From: Monocercomonoides exilis PA203
Taxonomy: Eukaryota > Protista > Preaxostyla
Reading direction: 5' to 3'
DNA: 64,000 bases
Assembly: GCA_001643675.2 (NCBI GenBank)
Contig: LSRY02000018.1
Location: 124,001-188,000, forward strand
The notes under the pieces are model-generated. The model saw only the letters and a list, made by a program, of their open reading frames with translations. It ran no database searches and was not told the DNA's origin. Positions 61,960 through 64,000 of the stretch are shown piece after piece (positions within the stretch are counted from its first letter, which is position 1; each line of letters opens with the position of its first letter). The translations under genes were made by a program, and so were the position numbers.

Positions 61960-64000
61960 ATGCAGCCAGACTTCCTCTTCTCACAAACCACTAAACATTT
62001 CTTCTATTCGTCGTCAATGCCTTCTCCTTCTTCTTTTGATTCTTCAACATCGTCATCAAAAACAGTAGAAGTCAAATTCTTCGAGAAAGAAAACATAGAA
62101 AACGATTCATTCTCATCTTCCTCTTCATCCGAACAGTCAAAAGGGAATTCTTCCCAAGAAAGAGCCGAAAAAGCAGATATTGATGAAATTATCGAAGACT
62201 TCAAAAGAAAACATGCACCATGTCTGCCGCTTCCTGTGTTCGTTCCGCCACAAGAAGCTACCCTTCAGAATCCATCTTATGTCCCTTGAAGACAAAGACA
62301 GAGAAAAAGCAATCAAAATTCAACACAAACATTTTTGACTCATTCAATTGCTGGCATTGGCACAGGAAGAGGAACATCTCCTTCTTCAATGTAAAATAAA
62401 TCTTTTCTTTCTCTTCCTCAGTCATCTCCATCTCCCTCTCCTTCATCTTCTTCCTCTTCCTCCTCCTCTTCTTCTTCTTCTGTTACTGCAGTAACTGACC
62501 TCTCTCTGCACCCAAACCACCTCATCGTTCTGAAATTGCCATGACTCGCAGCATAAGAGCAATGCATCCTCTTCTCCACCGACGCTATCTCAACCGCTGT
62601 GCACAAGTTGCTTCTGCTTCATGTTCACCGTGCTCTTCTTAATCTACTTCTTCCTCCTCGTTGCTTCGCTCTTCAAGAAACAGATTTCTGACAGGAGAAG
62701 AGCAGCAGATAAAGAGGATGAAGCAACAGCTCAGAGGAAGAAGGAAAAGACAATATTTTGTTCCACCTCCCGACATGTTTGATGCGATACAGCTGTTTGC
62801 GAAGTCTCGGACGGTAAAGTGGTTTGTTGAGAATCTGGAGAAGAGGAAGAGAGAAAGAGAGAGAGAAGCAAGGAACGAGAGAAGAGAGGAGAGAAGAATA
62901 AGAGAAATGAATCAAATGAGGAAGGCATTGAAATCCACAAATGATGCAGATAACAATGATGAAGAAAATGATAATAAAGCAATAGCAGAAGAAAACGAAA
63001 GCTTATCATCTATCAGAAGAGATTCTTTGAAGGAACCGAAGATAAATGAAGAAAGTGAATGTTTTTCCGCAGCTCCATTGTCAGTTATGAAGAAGAGCGA
63101 AGAGAGAAGAGACACAAACAGAGAGAGAAACAGAGGCTGACGCGAAGGTATTACTAGGCGCTTGAGCTTCAACGGGATTCTGTTGTGAATGAGGTGCTTT
63201 TGATGGTCAGAGCAAACCTTCTGTTTTCTCCAGCGCCGATTGACGAGTCGATAAAAAGACCAGGAATAATTGTGAGTTATTGAAAAATGAGGTGGGTGGT
63301 GATAAAGGTGAGAAAGAAAAGAAAGAAGGGAATAATTCTGTGAATGCAAAAGGAAACAAGGAAGAAGTTGAAGGTGATGAAGATAACAATAAAGATGAGA
63401 CGAAAAAGAAGATGATGATTCTAACAACGATGAAAACGAAGAAGTGAAATAGGAGGATTCAATGAACAACCCCAAAGAAGCTGTTTCTAAAGCAAAGAAA
63501 ATAAAACGGAAGCAGAAAAGAAAACAAATGCAAAAGAATCCATAACAAACAGAAAAGACGAAATTCATTCAGATGAGCCAAAGCCAGAGCCTTTTTCATC
63601 ACTAGCTCAGCAAAAACAGCAGCAACAGAACATAACAACAGAACACAACAGCAAATACCTCTCCAACGCAATCACCTTCTCCACAGCCTAAGCAATATAC
63701 TTCAGCAAGAGATACATTTGGAACGATTCACTTTCCTCGATGAAAGCGAATGAACTGCGGATGGAGAGGGGTTGGAAGGAGGGAGTTGATTGTGAACAGC
63801 AAAGAGATGTATATGGGGATTGGAGTGAAAGGTGCATTAACGATATCTCTGTCACCTGCTGTTGGAGGTGGAGGAGAAGGGGTGACGTTGGCTGTGATTG
63901 GAATGAAGGATTTGAACAAAGAAGTGACAAGGGCGATGCAAGATGAGTTTCGGAATGAGAAAGGGAAGGTGGACGATGAAGAAGCGAAGATCACGTTTTT
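61960..64000 (+). other. Fragmented hypothetical gene running off the window end
   Basis: ORFs 61960..62289 and 62661..63140 plus a further open frame after a TGA near 63741. Low complexity, no recognisable domain. Confidence 0.3.

Noticed and set aside
1-64000. Stop-codon reassignment (TAR=Gln as in some oxymonads, or TGA=Trp) to explain in-frame stops
   Set aside because: Intact genes here end in TGA (8240, 38118), TAA (10000, 59796) and TAG (15119). Multi-kb ORFs contain no internal stops, and the interrupting stops are of all three types and mostly in decaying elements.

Overview
AT-rich eukaryotic (protist) DNA with short spliceosomal introns and Ser/Glu-rich low-complexity proteins. 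The gene families resemble those of the oxymonad Monocercomonoides (inference, no search run). Host genes: a giant PPP-family phosphatase (open at the window start), a Pho80/cyclin-P-like cyclin, a 436-aa lineage-specific helical protein, and a ~2,700-codon beta-helix surface protein with a TM segment and pseudokinase tail split by one in-frame TAA. Much of the rest is DNA transposons: a 6.0-kb hAT element (8-bp TSD) with an intact transposase that also carries a decayed host receptor-pseudokinase fragment, three pogo/Fot1-type (DD35D) copies in different states of decay (one inside a host intron), and several MITE/foldback families. The standout is a 6.4-kb element at 54957-61358 with near-identical 578-bp TIRs. 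It encodes one intact, spliced 1292-aa protein in which a complete USP (peptidase C19) deubiquitinase is embedded in a Sola2-like DDD transposase. Four nucleotides after its stop codon begins a predicted multibranched, pseudoknotted RNA with a cUUCGg tetraloop.
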